NCBI GenBank assembly: GCA_963704035.1
Contig: CAVPGR010000004.1
Location: 1,338,438-1,402,437, forward strand
DNA from: an uncultured Actinomycetes bacterium
Lineage (GTDB): Bacteria > Actinomycetota > Acidimicrobiia > IMCC26256 > JAOSJL01
DNA: 64,000 nucleotides
Direction of reading: 5' to 3'
Of this stretch, positions 24,816 through 34,643 are shown piece after piece. Under the pieces are notes generated by a model, which searched no databases, was not told the DNA's origin, and worked only from the letters and a program-made list of their open reading frames with translations. How positions within the stretch are numbered: the first letter of the stretch is position 1; each line of letters begins with the position of its first letter. The translations under genes and the position numbers were made by a program.

Positions 24816-24998
24816 AGGCTGAAGGTAGTCGCCCGAACTGTCGAGGCGGGGCGGTTTCGCCCGGGGCGGGTGGGGCCGATACACTGCCCGTTCGGCGCTG
24901 GGGCCCTTCCCACGGCCCCGGATCGCAGATCGGACCACCTCGACAACCGAAGTCTGCTCAGGCCGCCCGCGGGCGGAACCAGGCGGCACAACCGAACC

Positions 24999-25032
24999 AC
25001 GCTCCGCCGGGGCCCTGCTCCGAGCGGAGCGT
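24999..25032 (+). promoter_or_regulatory. Stable hairpin in the new rplC leader: ACGCTCCGC, 16-nt loop, GCGGAGCGT
   Basis: A 9-bp perfect stem, extendable by CGAA/TTCG across a 3-nt bulge. It ends 40 nt upstream of the rplC ATG. Confidence 0.35.
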
Positions 25033-25072
25033 TCGCGTCGGCAGAAGACACCAGCAGAGAAGCGGGAAGACC

Positions 25073-25726
25073 ATGGCAGGCAAGGGGATCCTCGGGCGCA
25101 AGCTCGGAATGACCCAGGTCTGGGACGACGAGAACCGGGTCGTACCGGTGACGGTCATCCAGGCCGGGCCCTGTCGCGTCGTGCAGCTCAAGACTCCCGA
25201 GCGCGACGGCTACTCCGCGGTGCAGCTCGCGTTCGGTGACGTCAAGGAGTCCAGGCTCAGCAAGGGCGAGCTCGGCCACCTCGCTGCTGCCGAGGCGCCA
25301 CCCAGCAGACATCTCGCCGAATTGAAGGTCGACGACCTCGAGGGTTTCGAGATCGGACAGACCATCGCCGCCGACGTGTTCGAGAGCGGAGAGCTCGTCG
25401 ACATCTCGGGTATCAGCAAGGGCAAGGGCTTCACGGGAGTGATGGCCCGCCACAACTTCAAGGGACAGCCGGCCTCGCACGGTGCGCACAAGGTCCACCG
25501 CAAGCCCGGTGCCGTCGGCGCGTGTGCCACGCCCGCACGGATCTTCAAGGGCCAGAAGATGCCCGGACGTCACGGCAACGCCAAGACCACGACGCTCAAC
25601 CTCGAGGTCGTCGAGGGCGATGCCGAACGCAACCTCTTGTTGATCAAGGGATCTGTTCCCGGCGCCAAGGGCTCGGTCGTCTTCGTGCGCAACGCCGCCA
25701 AGCCGCGGGTGAGGAGCGCGTCGTGA
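25073..25726 (+). CDS. rplC: 50S ribosomal protein L3
   Basis: MAGKGILGRKLGMTQVWDDENRVVPVTVIQAGPCRVVQLKT. Confidence 0.97.
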   Translation: MAGKGILGRKLGMTQVWDDENRVVPVTVIQAGPCRVVQLKTPERDGYSAVQLAFGDVKESRLSKGELGHLAAAEAPPSRHLAELKVDDLEGFEIGQTIAADVFESGELVDISGISKGKGFTGVMARHNFKGQPASHGAHKVHRKPGAVGACATPARIFKGQKMPGRHGNAKTTTLNLEVVEGDAERNLLLIKGSVPGAKGSVVFVRNAAKPRVRSAS

Positions 25727-26449
25727 CCGCCGCTCTCGAGGCCGACGTGCGCGCCCAGGACGGCACGAAGAAGGGAAGCGTGGAGCTGCCCGAGGCGATC
25801 TTCGGGATCACGCCCAACGCTGCTGTGCTCCACCAGGTCGTCACCGCCCAACTCGCCGCAGCCCGCAGCGGAACGGCAAGCACCAAGACCCGCGCCGAGG
25901 TGGCCGGCGGCGGTGCCAAGCCGTGGCGGCAGAAGGGAACCGGGCGCGCCCGCCAGGGTTCCATCCGGGCCCCGCACTGGGAGGGCGGCGGAATCGCCCA
26001 CGGTCCCCGACCCCGCGACTACACCCAGCGCACACCGAAGAAGATGGTCCGTCTCGCTCTGCTGTCCGCGCTGTCGGACCGTGCGTCGGAGAGCCGGGTG
26101 CTCGTCGTCGACTCCTGGGACTTCCCCGAGCCCAAGACCAAGGACGCCAAGACCACCCTCGAGTCACTCGAGCTCCGCGGCACCGACGAGAAGAAGGACC
26201 CGCGGGTGCTGCTCGTTCTCGACCGCGGCGAGGTCAACACCTGGAAGTCGTTCCGCAACCTCGGTCGCAGCGTCCAGATCGTCGTGCCCGAGGAGCTCAA
26301 CGCGTACGACGTCCTCGCCAACGACTGGCTGGTGTTCTCACAGGCCACCCTCGACACCACCACGGCGCGTCTGAGCGGCACAGCTGACTCGGCGACTCCG
26401 CCGACTCCGCGACTCCGCCGACTCCGCCGACTCCGGGGACGCGTCATGA
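25723..26449 (+). pseudogene. rplD: 50S ribosomal protein L4; as given, the reading frame runs into rplW without a stop (indel inside a 9-bp tandem repeat)
   Basis: The GTG at 25723 overlaps the rplC stop (GTGA). The product reads VTAALEADVRAQDGTKKGSVELPEAIFG...KPWRQKGTGRARQGSIRAPHWEGGGIAHGPRPRDY. Frame +1 after about 26410 reads [12 protein letters not shown] and stops at TGA 26447..26449, forming ATGA with the rplW start. Confidence 0.8.
26386..26437 (+). repeat. Tandem repeat GACTCCGCC (units of 9,8,8,9,9,9 nt) at the rplD 3' end
   Basis: The units are gactcggcg actccgcc gactccgc gactccgcc gactccgcc gactccggg. The two 8-nt units break the (DSA)n reading frame. Confidence 0.85.
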
Positions 26450-26739
26450 ACCGCGAAGCGCGCAGCATCATCCGCGAACCGGTCGTGTCCGAGAAGTCGT
26501 ACGCGGCCTTCGACCGCAACGTCTACACATTCAACGTGGCTCCCGACGCCAACAAGGTGGAGATCGCCCAGGCGATCGAAACGATCTTCGGCGTGCGCGT
26601 CACGAAAGTGAACACGATCAACCGTCGCGGCAAGAAGATCCGCGACCGTCGCACCGGAACGTTCGGGCAGCGCAGTTCGCAAAAGCGCGCCATCGTGTCG
26701 CTCGCCGAGGGCGACTCCATCGAGATCTTCGGAGGCTGA
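26446..26739 (+). CDS. rplW: 50S ribosomal protein L23
   Basis: [63 protein letters not shown]. Confidence 0.93.
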   Translation: MNREARSIIREPVVSEKSYAAFDRNVYTFNVAPDANKVEIAQAIETIFGVRVTKVNTINRRGKKIRDRRTGTFGQRSSQKRAIVSLAEGDSIEIFGG

Positions 26740-26741
26740 GG

Positions 26742-27578
26742 ATGCCACCGCGCAAGCGCAAGCCGACGAGTCCCGGTCGCCGTTTCCAGACGGCCGCCGA
26801 CTTCTCCGAGCTCACGCGCTCGGAGCCCGAGAAATCGCTCACGAAGTCGAAGAAGCGCACCGGTGGCCGCAACTCCTACGGCCGAATCACGTCGCGTCAC
26901 CGCGGCGGAGGCCACAAGCGCAAGTACCGCGAGATCGACTTCAAGCGCGACAAGGACGGCGTGCCCGCCCGTGTGGCGAGCATCGAGTACGACCCCAACC
27001 GCAACGCACGTATCGCCCTTCTGCACTACCGCGACGGCGAGAAGCGCTACATCCTCGCCCCGGTGGGCCTCGCGGTCGACGACGTGCTCCAGAACGGTCA
27101 CGGAGCCGAGATCCGCGTCGGCAACGCCATGCCGCTGCGCTACATCCCGGTCGGTACCACCGTCCACAACGTCGAGCTGAAGCCCGGAGCGGGTGGCAAG
27201 CTCGGTCGCGGTGCGGGGTCGGCGATCCAGCTCGTGGCCAAGGAGGGGAACTGGGCCACCTTGCGCCTCCCCTCCACCGAGATGCGCCGCGTCCCCATCG
27301 ACGCCCGAGGCTCGATCGGACAGGTCGGCAACGTCGACGCCGAGTTGGTGTCGGTCGGGAAGGCGGGACGAAGCCGTTGGAAGGGCAAGCGCCCGCAGTC
27401 ACGTGGTGTGGCCATGAACCCCGTCGACCACCCCCTCGGTGGCGGAGAGGGCAAGAGCTCCGGCGGACGCCACCCGGTGTCGCCGTGGGGCAAGCCCGAG
27501 GGCCGCACACGCAAGAAGAACAAGAAGTCGAACGAGCAGATCGTGCGACGCCGCCGCGGACGCGGCTCGCGGAGGTAA
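26742..27578 (+). CDS. rplB: 50S ribosomal protein L2
   Basis: ORF 26742..27578: [28 protein letters not shown]...[28 protein letters not shown]. Confidence 0.97.
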   Translation: MPPRKRKPTSPGRRFQTAADFSELTRSEPEKSLTKSKKRTGGRNSYGRITSRHRGGGHKRKYREIDFKRDKDGVPARVASIEYDPNRNARIALLHYRDGEKRYILAPVGLAVDDVLQNGHGAEIRVGNAMPLRYIPVGTTVHNVELKPGAGGKLGRGAGSAIQLVAKEGNWATLRLPSTEMRRVPIDARGSIGQVGNVDAELVSVGKAGRSRWKGKRPQSRGVAMNPVDHPLGGGEGKSSGGRHPVSPWGKPEGRTRKKNKKSNEQIVRRRRGRGSRR

Positions 27579-27582
27579 CGCC

Positions 27583-27862
27583 ATGCCGCGCAGCTCTGAA
27601 AAAGGGACCGTTCATCGACGACCACCTCGCCAAGAAGGTGGAGGAGATGAACGCGTCCGGCGACAAGAAGGTCATCAAGACCTGGTCGCGTCGTTCCACG
27701 TTGACACCCGACATGGTCGGCCACACGCTCGCCGTACACGACGGCCGCAAGCACGTCCCGGTGTACGTGACCGAGTCCATGGTCGGGCACAAGCTCGGTG
27801 AATTCGCTCCGACGCGCACGTTCCGTGTGCACGCCAGCGGGGAAGGCATGGCTCGTCGCTGA
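27583..27862 (+). pseudogene. rpsS: 30S ribosomal protein S19, single-base insertion at codon 5 (about 27595)
   Basis: The start ATG CCG CGC AGC [T] CTG AAA AAG GGA CCG TTC ATC GAC gives MPRS then [58 protein letters not shown] in the next frame (ORF 27377..27862). Confidence 0.9.
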
Positions 27863-28512
27863 TGGCCGACACGACAGCGCTCGCCCGTGTCCGCTACCTG
27901 CGGACCGCACCGTCGAAGGTGCGACAGGTTCTCGACCTCATCCGGGGCGAGGACGTGGAGGTCGCGCGCGACATTCTGGAGCGCACCGACCGTGGTGCCA
28001 CCGGGCCCGTGTTGAAGCTGCTCGACTCCGCGGTGGCCAACGCGGAAGCGAAGCTGGCCGTCCCCGAAGAGGAACTGGTCATCGACGAAGCCTTCGCCGA
28101 CGAGGGACCGATTCTCAAGCGCTGGCGGCCCCGCGCTCGTGGCCGTGCGACGCGGATCAACAAGCGCACGTCGCACGTCACGATCGTCCTGGCTCGCCTC
28201 GACGAGGACGACCTGGCCCGCAAGTCCGAATCGGAGACGTCGGAAGGAGCGGCGCGACGCCGCTCGCTCCGCCGCCGCCGGGTGGAGGCTGCCCAGGCCG
28301 CATCCGACAAGGAAACCGAAGAGATCGAAGAGACCGACACCGACACCGAGATCGACACCGACACCGAGATCGGCACCGACACCGACACCGAGATCGGCAC
28401 CGAGACCGACACCGAGATCGGCACCGAGACCGACACCGAGATCGGCACCGACACCGACACCGACACCGAGATCGACGACGCGGACGACGAGTCCGCGGGC
28501 GGGGGCGAGTAA
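27862..28512 (+). CDS. rplV: 50S ribosomal protein L22 with a roughly 100-aa acidic, repeat-containing C-terminal extension
   Basis: [40 protein letters not shown]...[25 protein letters not shown], followed by ...[54 protein letters not shown]. Confidence 0.93.
   Translation: MADTTALARVRYLRTAPSKVRQVLDLIRGEDVEVARDILERTDRGATGPVLKLLDSAVANAEAKLAVPEEELVIDEAFADEGPILKRWRPRARGRATRINKRTSHVTIVLARLDEDDLARKSESETSEGAARRRSLRRRRVEAAQAASDKETEEIEETDTDTEIDTDTEIGTDTDTEIGTETDTEIGTETDTEIGTDTDTDTEIDDADDESAGGGE
28331..28477 (+). repeat. In-frame tandem repeat (18/24-nt units built from accgac/accgag/atcggc) encoding (T[DE])n-EI[GD]
   Basis: The units are accgacaccgagatcgac, accgacaccgagatcggc, accgacaccgacaccgagatcggc, accgagaccgacaccgagatcggc (x2), and accgacaccgacaccgacaccgagatcgac. 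Confidence 0.9.
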
Positions 28513-28516
28513 GCAC

Positions 28517-29467
28517 ATGGGTCAGAAGGTCAACCCCTACGGGTTCCGCCTGGGAATCACCACCGACTGGAAGTCGCGGTGGTTCGCCGACAAGGACTAC
28601 ACCGAACTCCTCATCGAGGACTGGAAGATCCGCGACTACCTGCGCACGGAACTTCCCCACGCGGCCGTCAGCCGTGTCGAGATCGAACGGACACGCGACC
28701 GCCTGCGTGTCGACGTCTACACCGCCCGTCCCGGAATCGTCATCGGTCGACGTGGCTCGGAGGCCGACCGCTTGCGTGCCGGTCTGCTCAAGATCACCGG
28801 GAACGCGCAGATCCACTTCAACATCCAGGAGATCAAGCAGCCCGAGCTCGACGCCACGCTCATCGCACAGGGTGTCGCCGACCAGCTCGCCGGGCGTGTG
28901 TCGTTCCGGCGTGCGATGAAGCGCGCCGTGCAGACAGCGATGAAGGCCGGCGGTCTGGGCGTCCGGGTGCAGTGCAGCGGTCGACTGGGCGGCGCGGAGA
29001 TGTCGCGCACCGAGTGGTACCGCGAGGGTCGAGTTCCGCTGCACACATTGCGTGCCGACATCGACTACGGCCTGGCCGAAGCTCGCACGACGCAGGGGCG
29101 GATCGGCTGCAAGGTCTGGATCTACAAGGGCGACATCCTTCCCTACAAGTCCGCTGCCGAAGACAAGATCACCAAGGAAGCGGCCATGGCCGTAGGTGAG
29201 ACGTCGGGCCAGACACCGGGTCGCAAGGTCGTCACCGCCGGTGGAGGCAAGCGTCGTCCGGTGTCCGAGCCCGTGTCCGAGGAAGAGGTCGGCGCTACAG
29301 CCGGCGACGACACGCCCGAGGAGGCAACGCCGCTCGTCAAGGAGGCCGACCCCGAGCTCGAGAAGCTCCTGGCCGAAGAAGAAGAGATCGAGCGCCGCAC
29401 CCGCGAGCACCACGAAGCCCCTCACTTCGGAACGAGGATTAGTCGAGATGGTCTCGAGCACACGTGA
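28517..29467 (+). CDS. rpsC: 30S ribosomal protein S3 with an acidic C-terminal extension
   Basis: ATG at 28517: [42 protein letters not shown]. The tail contains [40 protein letters not shown]. Confidence 0.9.
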   Translation: MGQKVNPYGFRLGITTDWKSRWFADKDYTELLIEDWKIRDYLRTELPHAAVSRVEIERTRDRLRVDVYTARPGIVIGRRGSEADRLRAGLLKITGNAQIHFNIQEIKQPELDATLIAQGVADQLAGRVSFRRAMKRAVQTAMKAGGLGVRVQCSGRLGGAEMSRTEWYREGRVPLHTLRADIDYGLAEARTTQGRIGCKVWIYKGDILPYKSAAEDKITKEAAMAVGETSGQTPGRKVVTAGGGKRRPVSEPVSEEEVGATAGDDTPEEATPLVKEADPELEKLLAEEEEIERRTREHHEAPHFGTRISRDGLEHT

Positions 29468-29569
29468 CCGCAGGAGCCCGCGAGCGAGCAGCGTCGAGCG
29501 AGCAGGAGTCCCGAGCGGCCCGGAGGGCGCCGGAGGGGTATCCCCGGAGGCGAGCGAGGGCGACCAAAA

Positions 29570-29986
29570 ATGTTGATGCCGAAGAAGACCAAGCACCGCA
29601 AGCAGCACCGCGGTCGGATGAAGGGGACCGCCAAGGGTGGGACGAAGGTTTCCTACGGCGACTACGGCATCCAGGCACTCGAGCCGTGCTGGTTGACGAA
29701 CCGGCAGATCGAAGCCGCCCGTATCGCCATGACCCGCTTCATCAAGCGCGGCGGCAAGGTCTGGATCAACGTGTTCCCCGACAAGCCCGTCACCGAGAAG
29801 CCCGCCGAGACGCGGATGGGCTCGGGCAAGGGCAACCCGGAGTCGTGGGTGGCCGTCGTGAAGCCGGGCCGGGTTCTCTTCGAGCTCTCGGGTGTCGACG
29901 AGGCCACGGCGCGCGAGGCGATGCGACTCGCTCAGCACAAGCTGCCGATCAAGAGCCGTTTTGTGGTCCGACAGGACGAGGCGTGA
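29570..29986 (+). CDS. rplP: 50S ribosomal protein L16
   Basis: [56 protein letters not shown]. Confidence 0.95.
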   Translation: MLMPKKTKHRKQHRGRMKGTAKGGTKVSYGDYGIQALEPCWLTNRQIEAARIAMTRFIKRGGKVWINVFPDKPVTEKPAETRMGSGKGNPESWVAVVKPGRVLFELSGVDEATAREAMRLAQHKLPIKSRFVVRQDEA

Positions 29987-30231
29987 TGACGACCGCAGCC
30001 GAACTCCGTGAGCTGGGCGATGACGATCTCGTCCAGCAGCTAGCAGGCGCCAAGGAGGAGCTGTTCAACCTCCGATTCCAGAACGCGACGGGACAGCTCG
30101 ACGCCTACTCGCGTCTCGGGCAGTTGCGTCGCGAAATTGCCCGAATCAGCACGGTGCTGCGCGAGCGCGAGATCGAGGCCGCCGAGGCCCTGTTTGCCGA
30201 GACCATGTTCGAGGAGCAGACCGATGCCTGA
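29986..30231 (+). CDS. rpmC: 50S ribosomal protein L29
   Basis: The ATG overlaps the rplP stop (TGATG). The product reads [62 protein letters not shown]. Confidence 0.9.
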   Translation: MTTAAELRELGDDDLVQQLAGAKEELFNLRFQNATGQLDAYSRLGQLRREIARISTVLREREIEAAEALFAETMFEEQTDA

Positions 30232-30505
30232 ATCCGACACCGGAGACGACGCCGTGCGGGCGTCGCGCAAGGTTCGCGAAGGAATTGTCGTGTCCACCAA
30301 GATGGACAAGACAGCCGTCGTGGCCGTGACCGACCGCGTGCGTCACCGCAAGTACCGCAAGACACTGCAGCGCACGAGTCGTCTACACGCGCACGACGAG
30401 AACAACGACGTCAATGAAGGCGACCGGGTTCGTGTTGCCGAAACCCGGCCCCAGTCCAAACAGAAGCGTTGGCGGATCGTCGACGTGCTCGAACGGGCAC
30501 GCTGA
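30224..30505 (+). CDS. rpsQ: 30S ribosomal protein S17
   Basis: [86 protein letters not shown]. Confidence 0.9.
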   Translation: MPESDTGDDAVRASRKVREGIVVSTKMDKTAVVAVTDRVRHRKYRKTLQRTSRLHAHDENNDVNEGDRVRVAETRPQSKQKRWRIVDVLERAR

Positions 30506-30530
30506 GGATCCCGGAGAGAACGACGAAACC

Positions 30531-30899
30531 ATGATTCAGCAGGAGAGCAGGCTCAAGGTCGCCGACAACTCGGGCGCCCGCGAAGTCCTGTGCATCAAGG
30601 TGCTCGGAGGGACGCGCCGCCGCTACGCGGGTATCGGCGACGAGTTCGTCGCGACCGTGAAGGACGCCGTTCCCGGCGCCGCTGTCAAGAAGGGCGAAGT
30701 CGTTCGCTGCGTCGTGGTCCGCACGGCCAAGGAGCGCCGCCGCGAGGACGGCAGCTACATCCGTTTCGACGAGAACGCCGCGGTGCTCATCAACGAGCAG
30801 CAGCAGCCGAGGGGCACACGGATCTTCGGGCCCGTCGGTCGTGAGCTGCGCGACCGTCGTTTCATGCGCATCATCTCGCTCGCTCCGGAGGTGCTCTGA
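30531..30899 (+). CDS. rplN: 50S ribosomal protein L14
   Basis: [46 protein letters not shown]. Confidence 0.96.
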   Translation: MIQQESRLKVADNSGAREVLCIKVLGGTRRRYAGIGDEFVATVKDAVPGAAVKKGEVVRCVVVRTAKERRREDGSYIRFDENAAVLINEQQQPRGTRIFGPVGRELRDRRFMRIISLAPEVL

Positions 30900-30902
30900 G
30901 CC

Positions 30903-31235
30903 ATGAAGATCAAGAAGGGTGATCAGGTCGAGGTGCTCGCCGGAAAGGACGTCGGCCGTCGTGGTGAGGTCATGGACGTGATACCGGCCAAGGAGCGTGT
31001 GATCGTCGACGGGATCAACGTGGCCAAGCGTCACCAGGCTGCGACGCGCGCCACCATGCAGGGCGGAATCATCGACAAGGACATGCCGATCCACGTGTCC
31101 AACGTCGCCATCGTGTGCGACTCCTGCGGCGCGGCCACACGTATCGGTTTTCGCTTCGATCCCGACGGCGCGAAGTTCCGCGTTTGTCGCAAGTGCGGCG
31201 CCGACCTGCCCGACAACGACAAGCGAGGTGCGTGA
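30903..31235 (+). CDS. rplX: 50S ribosomal protein L24
   Basis: [45 protein letters not shown]. Confidence 0.95.
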   Translation: MKIKKGDQVEVLAGKDVGRRGEVMDVIPAKERVIVDGINVAKRHQAATRATMQGGIIDKDMPIHVSNVAIVCDSCGAATRIGFRFDPDGAKFRVCRKCGADLPDNDKRGA

Positions 31236-31813
31236 TGGCAGCAGACTCCGCCACGCAGGCACCACCACCCCGGCTGCGCGACCGCTATCGCGACGAGATC
31301 CGCTCGGCACTCCAGAGCGAGCTCGGGCTCGGCAACATCATGGAGGTCCCGCGCCTCGACAAGATCGTCGTCAACACAGGTGTGGGCGAGGCCGCCGACC
31401 AGAAGTCCATCCTCGACGGTGCGGTCACCGACCTGGGGGTCATCACGGGCCAGAAGCCCCTCGTGACCCGGGCGAGACACTCGATCGCCAACTTCAAGCT
31501 CCGGCAGGGCCAGCCGATCGGCGCCAAGGTCACCCTGCACGGCGCCCGGATGTGGGAGTTCTTCGACCGGCTGGTGAGCCTCGCGATCCCCCGGATCCGG
31601 GACTTCCGCGGCATGAACTCCCGCTCGTTCGACGGGCGCGGGAACTACACGTTCGGCGTTACCGAGCAGCTGATCTTCCCGGAGGTCGACTACGACTCGA
31701 TCGACACGGTCCGGGGAATGGACATCACGATCGTCACGACGGCGCGAACGAACGAGGAGGGTCGTGCGCTGCTCGCAGCGCTCGGCTTCCCGTTTGCCCG
31801 CGAGGAGGCGTAA
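31235..31813 (+). CDS. rplE: 50S ribosomal protein L5
   Basis: The ATG overlaps the rplX stop (TGATG). The product contains [42 protein letters not shown]...[18 protein letters not shown]. Confidence 0.95.
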   Translation: MAADSATQAPPPRLRDRYRDEIRSALQSELGLGNIMEVPRLDKIVVNTGVGEAADQKSILDGAVTDLGVITGQKPLVTRARHSIANFKLRQGQPIGAKVTLHGARMWEFFDRLVSLAIPRIRDFRGMNSRSFDGRGNYTFGVTEQLIFPEVDYDSIDTVRGMDITIVTTARTNEEGRALLAALGFPFAREEA

Positions 31814-31821
31814 AGGAACAG

Positions 31822-32007
31822 ATGGCGAAGAAGGCACTGGTCAACAAGCAGCAGCGCAAGCCCAAGTACGAGGTGCGCCGGTACACACGGTGTCGCCGCT
31901 GTGGTCGCGCGCGTGCGGTGTACCGCAAGTTCGGGCTCTGTCGAATCTGTCTGCGCGAGTTGGCGCACGCGGGTGAAGTCCCCGGGCTCACCAAGGCGTC
32001 GTGGTGA
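31822..32007 (+). CDS. rpsN: 30S ribosomal protein S14, type Z (zinc-binding, 61 aa)
   Basis: [61 protein letters not shown], with CxxC...CxxC. Confidence 0.93.
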   Translation: MAKKALVNKQQRKPKYEVRRYTRCRRCGRARAVYRKFGLCRICLRELAHAGEVPGLTKASW

Positions 32008-32020
32008 GGGGGATGCTCCG

Positions 32021-32425
32021 ATGACAATGACCGACCCCATCGCCGACATGCTCACGAGGCTTCGCAACGCGAATCAGCGTCAGCACGACGACGTCTCGAT
32101 GCCGTCCTCGAAGGTGAAGGTGGCTCTCGCCGACGTGCTCGAACAGGCCGGCTACATCACGGGACACCGCGTGGAAGACAACCCGGGTCGCCCGGGCGAG
32201 ACCCTCACGATCGAGCTCAAGTACGACGCCTCGCGGCGACGGACGATCTCCGGTATCCGCCGGGTTTCCAAGCCGGGGCTGCGTGTCTACTCGAAGGCCC
32301 ATGACGTACCCCGGGTCCTCGGTGGAATGGGTATCGCCGTCTTGTCTACGAACGTCGGTCTGCTGACCGACCGCGAAGCGCGCAAGCGCAGGGTCGGCGG
32401 CGAGATCCTGTGCCAGGTCTGGTAG
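32021..32425 (+). CDS. rpsH: 30S ribosomal protein S8
   Basis: [46 protein letters not shown]. Confidence 0.95.
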   Translation: MTMTDPIADMLTRLRNANQRQHDDVSMPSSKVKVALADVLEQAGYITGHRVEDNPGRPGETLTIELKYDASRRRTISGIRRVSKPGLRVYSKAHDVPRVLGGMGIAVLSTNVGLLTDREARKRRVGGEILCQVW

Positions 32426-32438
32426 GCGAGGAACGACG

Positions 32439-32987
32439 ATGAGCCGAATCGGCAAAGCTCCGATCCCGATCCCCGACGGCGTCGAGGTCACGGTCGCGGG
32501 CTCCCATGTCACCGTGAAGGGTCCCAACGGCACCCTGGAACACGACGCGCCCGAGAAGATCGCGGTCGCCGTGGCCGACGGCGAGGTCATCGTGAGTCGC
32601 GAGGGCGACGAACGGTCGGCGCGGGCGCTGCACGGTCTCACGCGTTCGCTCGTGGCGAACATGGTGACAGGTGTGTCCGAGGGATTCACCCGTGAGCTGC
32701 AGATCGTCGGGGTCGGATACAGGGCTCAGTCGAAGGGCTCGGGGATCGAGCTCCAGGTCGGCTTCTCGCACCCGGTCGTCTTCGACGCCCCCGACGGCAT
32801 CACGATCGAGGTGCCTCAGCCGACCCAGGTGATCATCAAGGGTGCCGACAAACAGTTGGTCGGTCAGGTCGCCGCCGACATCCGCAAGGTCCGAAAGCCC
32901 GAGCCCTACAAGGGCAAGGGAATCCGCTACGTCGACGAGCACGTCCGCCGCAAGGCCGGCAAGGCCGCCGTCGGCTCGGGCGCCTGA
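32439..32987 (+). CDS. rplF: 50S ribosomal protein L6
   Basis: [36 protein letters not shown]. Confidence 0.96.
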   Translation: MSRIGKAPIPIPDGVEVTVAGSHVTVKGPNGTLEHDAPEKIAVAVADGEVIVSREGDERSARALHGLTRSLVANMVTGVSEGFTRELQIVGVGYRAQSKGSGIELQVGFSHPVVFDAPDGITIEVPQPTQVIIKGADKQLVGQVAADIRKVRKPEPYKGKGIRYVDEHVRRKAGKAAVGSGA

Positions 32988-32997
32988 GAGGTTCGCG

Positions 32998-33354
32998 ATG
33001 CGACGCACCAAGGTGATCGGACGGAACCGGCGACACCGCCGGGTCCGCAAGAAGATTCGGGGAACTGCCAAGCGCCCGCGCCTGTCGGTCTACCGATCCA
33101 ACCGCCACATCTACGCGCAGCTCATCGACGACGTCGACGGTCGCACGCTGGCCGCCGCCTCCACGATGGAGCCCTCGGCGCGTGACAAGGCGTCGGGAAC
33201 CGTCGAGGCGGCTCGCAGAGTGGGCACACTCATCGGTGAGCGCGGCAAGGACGAGGGTGTCACGGCGGTCGTGTTCGATCGCGGTGGGTTCAAGTATCAC
33301 GGCCGGGTTGCGGGTGTGGCCGAGGCCGCACGCGAAGCCGGCCTCGAGTTCTGA
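32998..33354 (+). CDS. rplR: 50S ribosomal protein L18
   Basis: [56 protein letters not shown]. Confidence 0.94.
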   Translation: MRRTKVIGRNRRHRRVRKKIRGTAKRPRLSVYRSNRHIYAQLIDDVDGRTLAAASTMEPSARDKASGTVEAARRVGTLIGERGKDEGVTAVVFDRGGFKYHGRVAGVAEAAREAGLEF

Positions 33355-33367
33355 GCAGGGAGCAGTC

Positions 33368-33919
33368 ATGGCCGAGGGCCAGTTCGAAGAGCGAGTGATC
33401 GACATCAACCGGGTCGCCAAGGTGGTCAAGGGCGGCCGGCGGTTCTCCTTCACCGCGCTCGTGGTCGTGGGTGACGGCGCCGGCAGTGTCGGTCTCGGCT
33501 ACGGCAAGGCCAAGGAAGTGCCGGCCGCGATCCAAAAGGGTATGGAAGAGGCGAAGAAGAACGTGTTCAAGCCCGCCCTGGCCGGGTCCACGGTTACCCA
33601 CCGGATCATCGGTCGTCATGACGCGGCCCGCGTTCTCATCAAGCCCGCTGCCCCCGGTACGGGGGTCATCGCCGGCGGTGCCGCGCGCCACATCCTGGAG
33701 GCCGCGGGTATCAACGACGTGCTGGCCAAGTCACTCGGGTCGGCCAATGCCGTCAACGTCTCGCGGGCCACGATCCAGGGCCTGAAGGACCTGCGGGACC
33801 CCGACGAGGTCGCGAAGCTGAGAGGCCTCACGCCCGAAGAGGTGTCGACGCCCGGGCTCCTGCGCGCCTTTCGGGAGCGCCAGCGCGGACCGGCACCCGA
33901 ACCCACCGAGGTCAAGTGA
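33368..33919 (+). CDS. rpsE: 30S ribosomal protein S5
   Basis: [58 protein letters not shown]. Confidence 0.95.
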   Translation: MAEGQFEERVIDINRVAKVVKGGRRFSFTALVVVGDGAGSVGLGYGKAKEVPAAIQKGMEEAKKNVFKPALAGSTVTHRIIGRHDAARVLIKPAAPGTGVIAGGAARHILEAAGINDVLAKSLGSANAVNVSRATIQGLKDLRDPDEVAKLRGLTPEEVSTPGLLRAFRERQRGPAPEPTEVK

Positions 33920-34119
33920 TGGCCACCGTGCGCGTGACGCTCAAGCGGTCCTACATCGGCACCAAGCCCAAACAGCGCGGCACCCTGCGCGCGCTCGGAC
34001 TGCGCAAGATCGATCAGACCGTGGAGCACGAGGACGGCCCCGTACTGCGCGGAATGCTCGACAGGGTTCCGCACCTGGTCACCGTCGAAGAGAACGTCGA
34101 AGAGGACGCGTCGTCATGA
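33916..34119 (+). CDS. rpmD: 50S ribosomal protein L30
   Basis: [58 protein letters not shown]. Confidence 0.93.
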   Translation: MMATVRVTLKRSYIGTKPKQRGTLRALGLRKIDQTVEHEDGPVLRGMLDRVPHLVTVEENVEEDASS

Positions 34120-34607
34120 AGATCCACGACCTGCAACCGCCGGCCGGTTCGAAGAAGCCCGCGCGTCGCGTGGGCCGTGGTATCGGCGGCAAGGGCGGCA
34201 AGACCGCGGGCCGCGGCCACAAGGGCCAGCGGGCGCGCAACACGGTGAAGCCGGGCTTCGAAGGTGGTCAGACCCCCCTCGTGCGCCAGATGCCGAAGCT
34301 CAAGGGCTTCAACAACCCGTTCCGCGTGGAGTATGCGGTCGTGAATCTCGACACGCTCGGCTCCTTCGGTGGCGGGAGCGAGGTCAGCCCCCAGACGCTG
34401 CGCGAACGCGGCTTGGTCGCCAAGCGCGGACTCGTGAAGATCCTGGGGCGCGGTGACGTGTCGGTGTCGCTCACGGTGAAGGCACACGCCTGTTCGGCCG
34501 CCGCTCGAGAGGCCATCGAGGCCGCCGGCGGGAGTGTGGAGATCCTGCCCGCACCGTGGGGCGACCGCCGTCCGCCCGCCCGGGGAAACGCACTCACCAA
34601 TCGGTAG
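34116..34607 (+). CDS. rplO: 50S ribosomal protein L15
   Basis: [42 protein letters not shown]. Confidence 0.95.
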   Translation: MKIHDLQPPAGSKKPARRVGRGIGGKGGKTAGRGHKGQRARNTVKPGFEGGQTPLVRQMPKLKGFNNPFRVEYAVVNLDTLGSFGGGSEVSPQTLRERGLVAKRGLVKILGRGDVSVSLTVKAHACSAAAREAIEAAGGSVEILPAPWGDRRPPARGNALTNR

Positions 34608-34643
34608 ACTCGGGCGCCCGCCCGGTCAGGAGGATTTTCGCGC

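Noticed and set aside
25522-25722. The N-terminal 67 aa of the 405-aa ORF 25522..26739, and similar 5' extensions of ORFs 28139..29467, 29464..30231, 31115..31813 and 35186..36544
   Set aside because: These extensions overlap the preceding conserved genes in another frame and are Arg-rich. Conserved N-termini and coupled start/stop junctions (GTGA, TGATG, ATGA) define the real starts.
28331-28477. A possible CRISPR array or non-coding satellite, suggested by the periodic repeat
   Set aside because: The units are contiguous with no spacers, are only 18-24 nt long, lie in-frame inside rplV, and there are no cas genes nearby.
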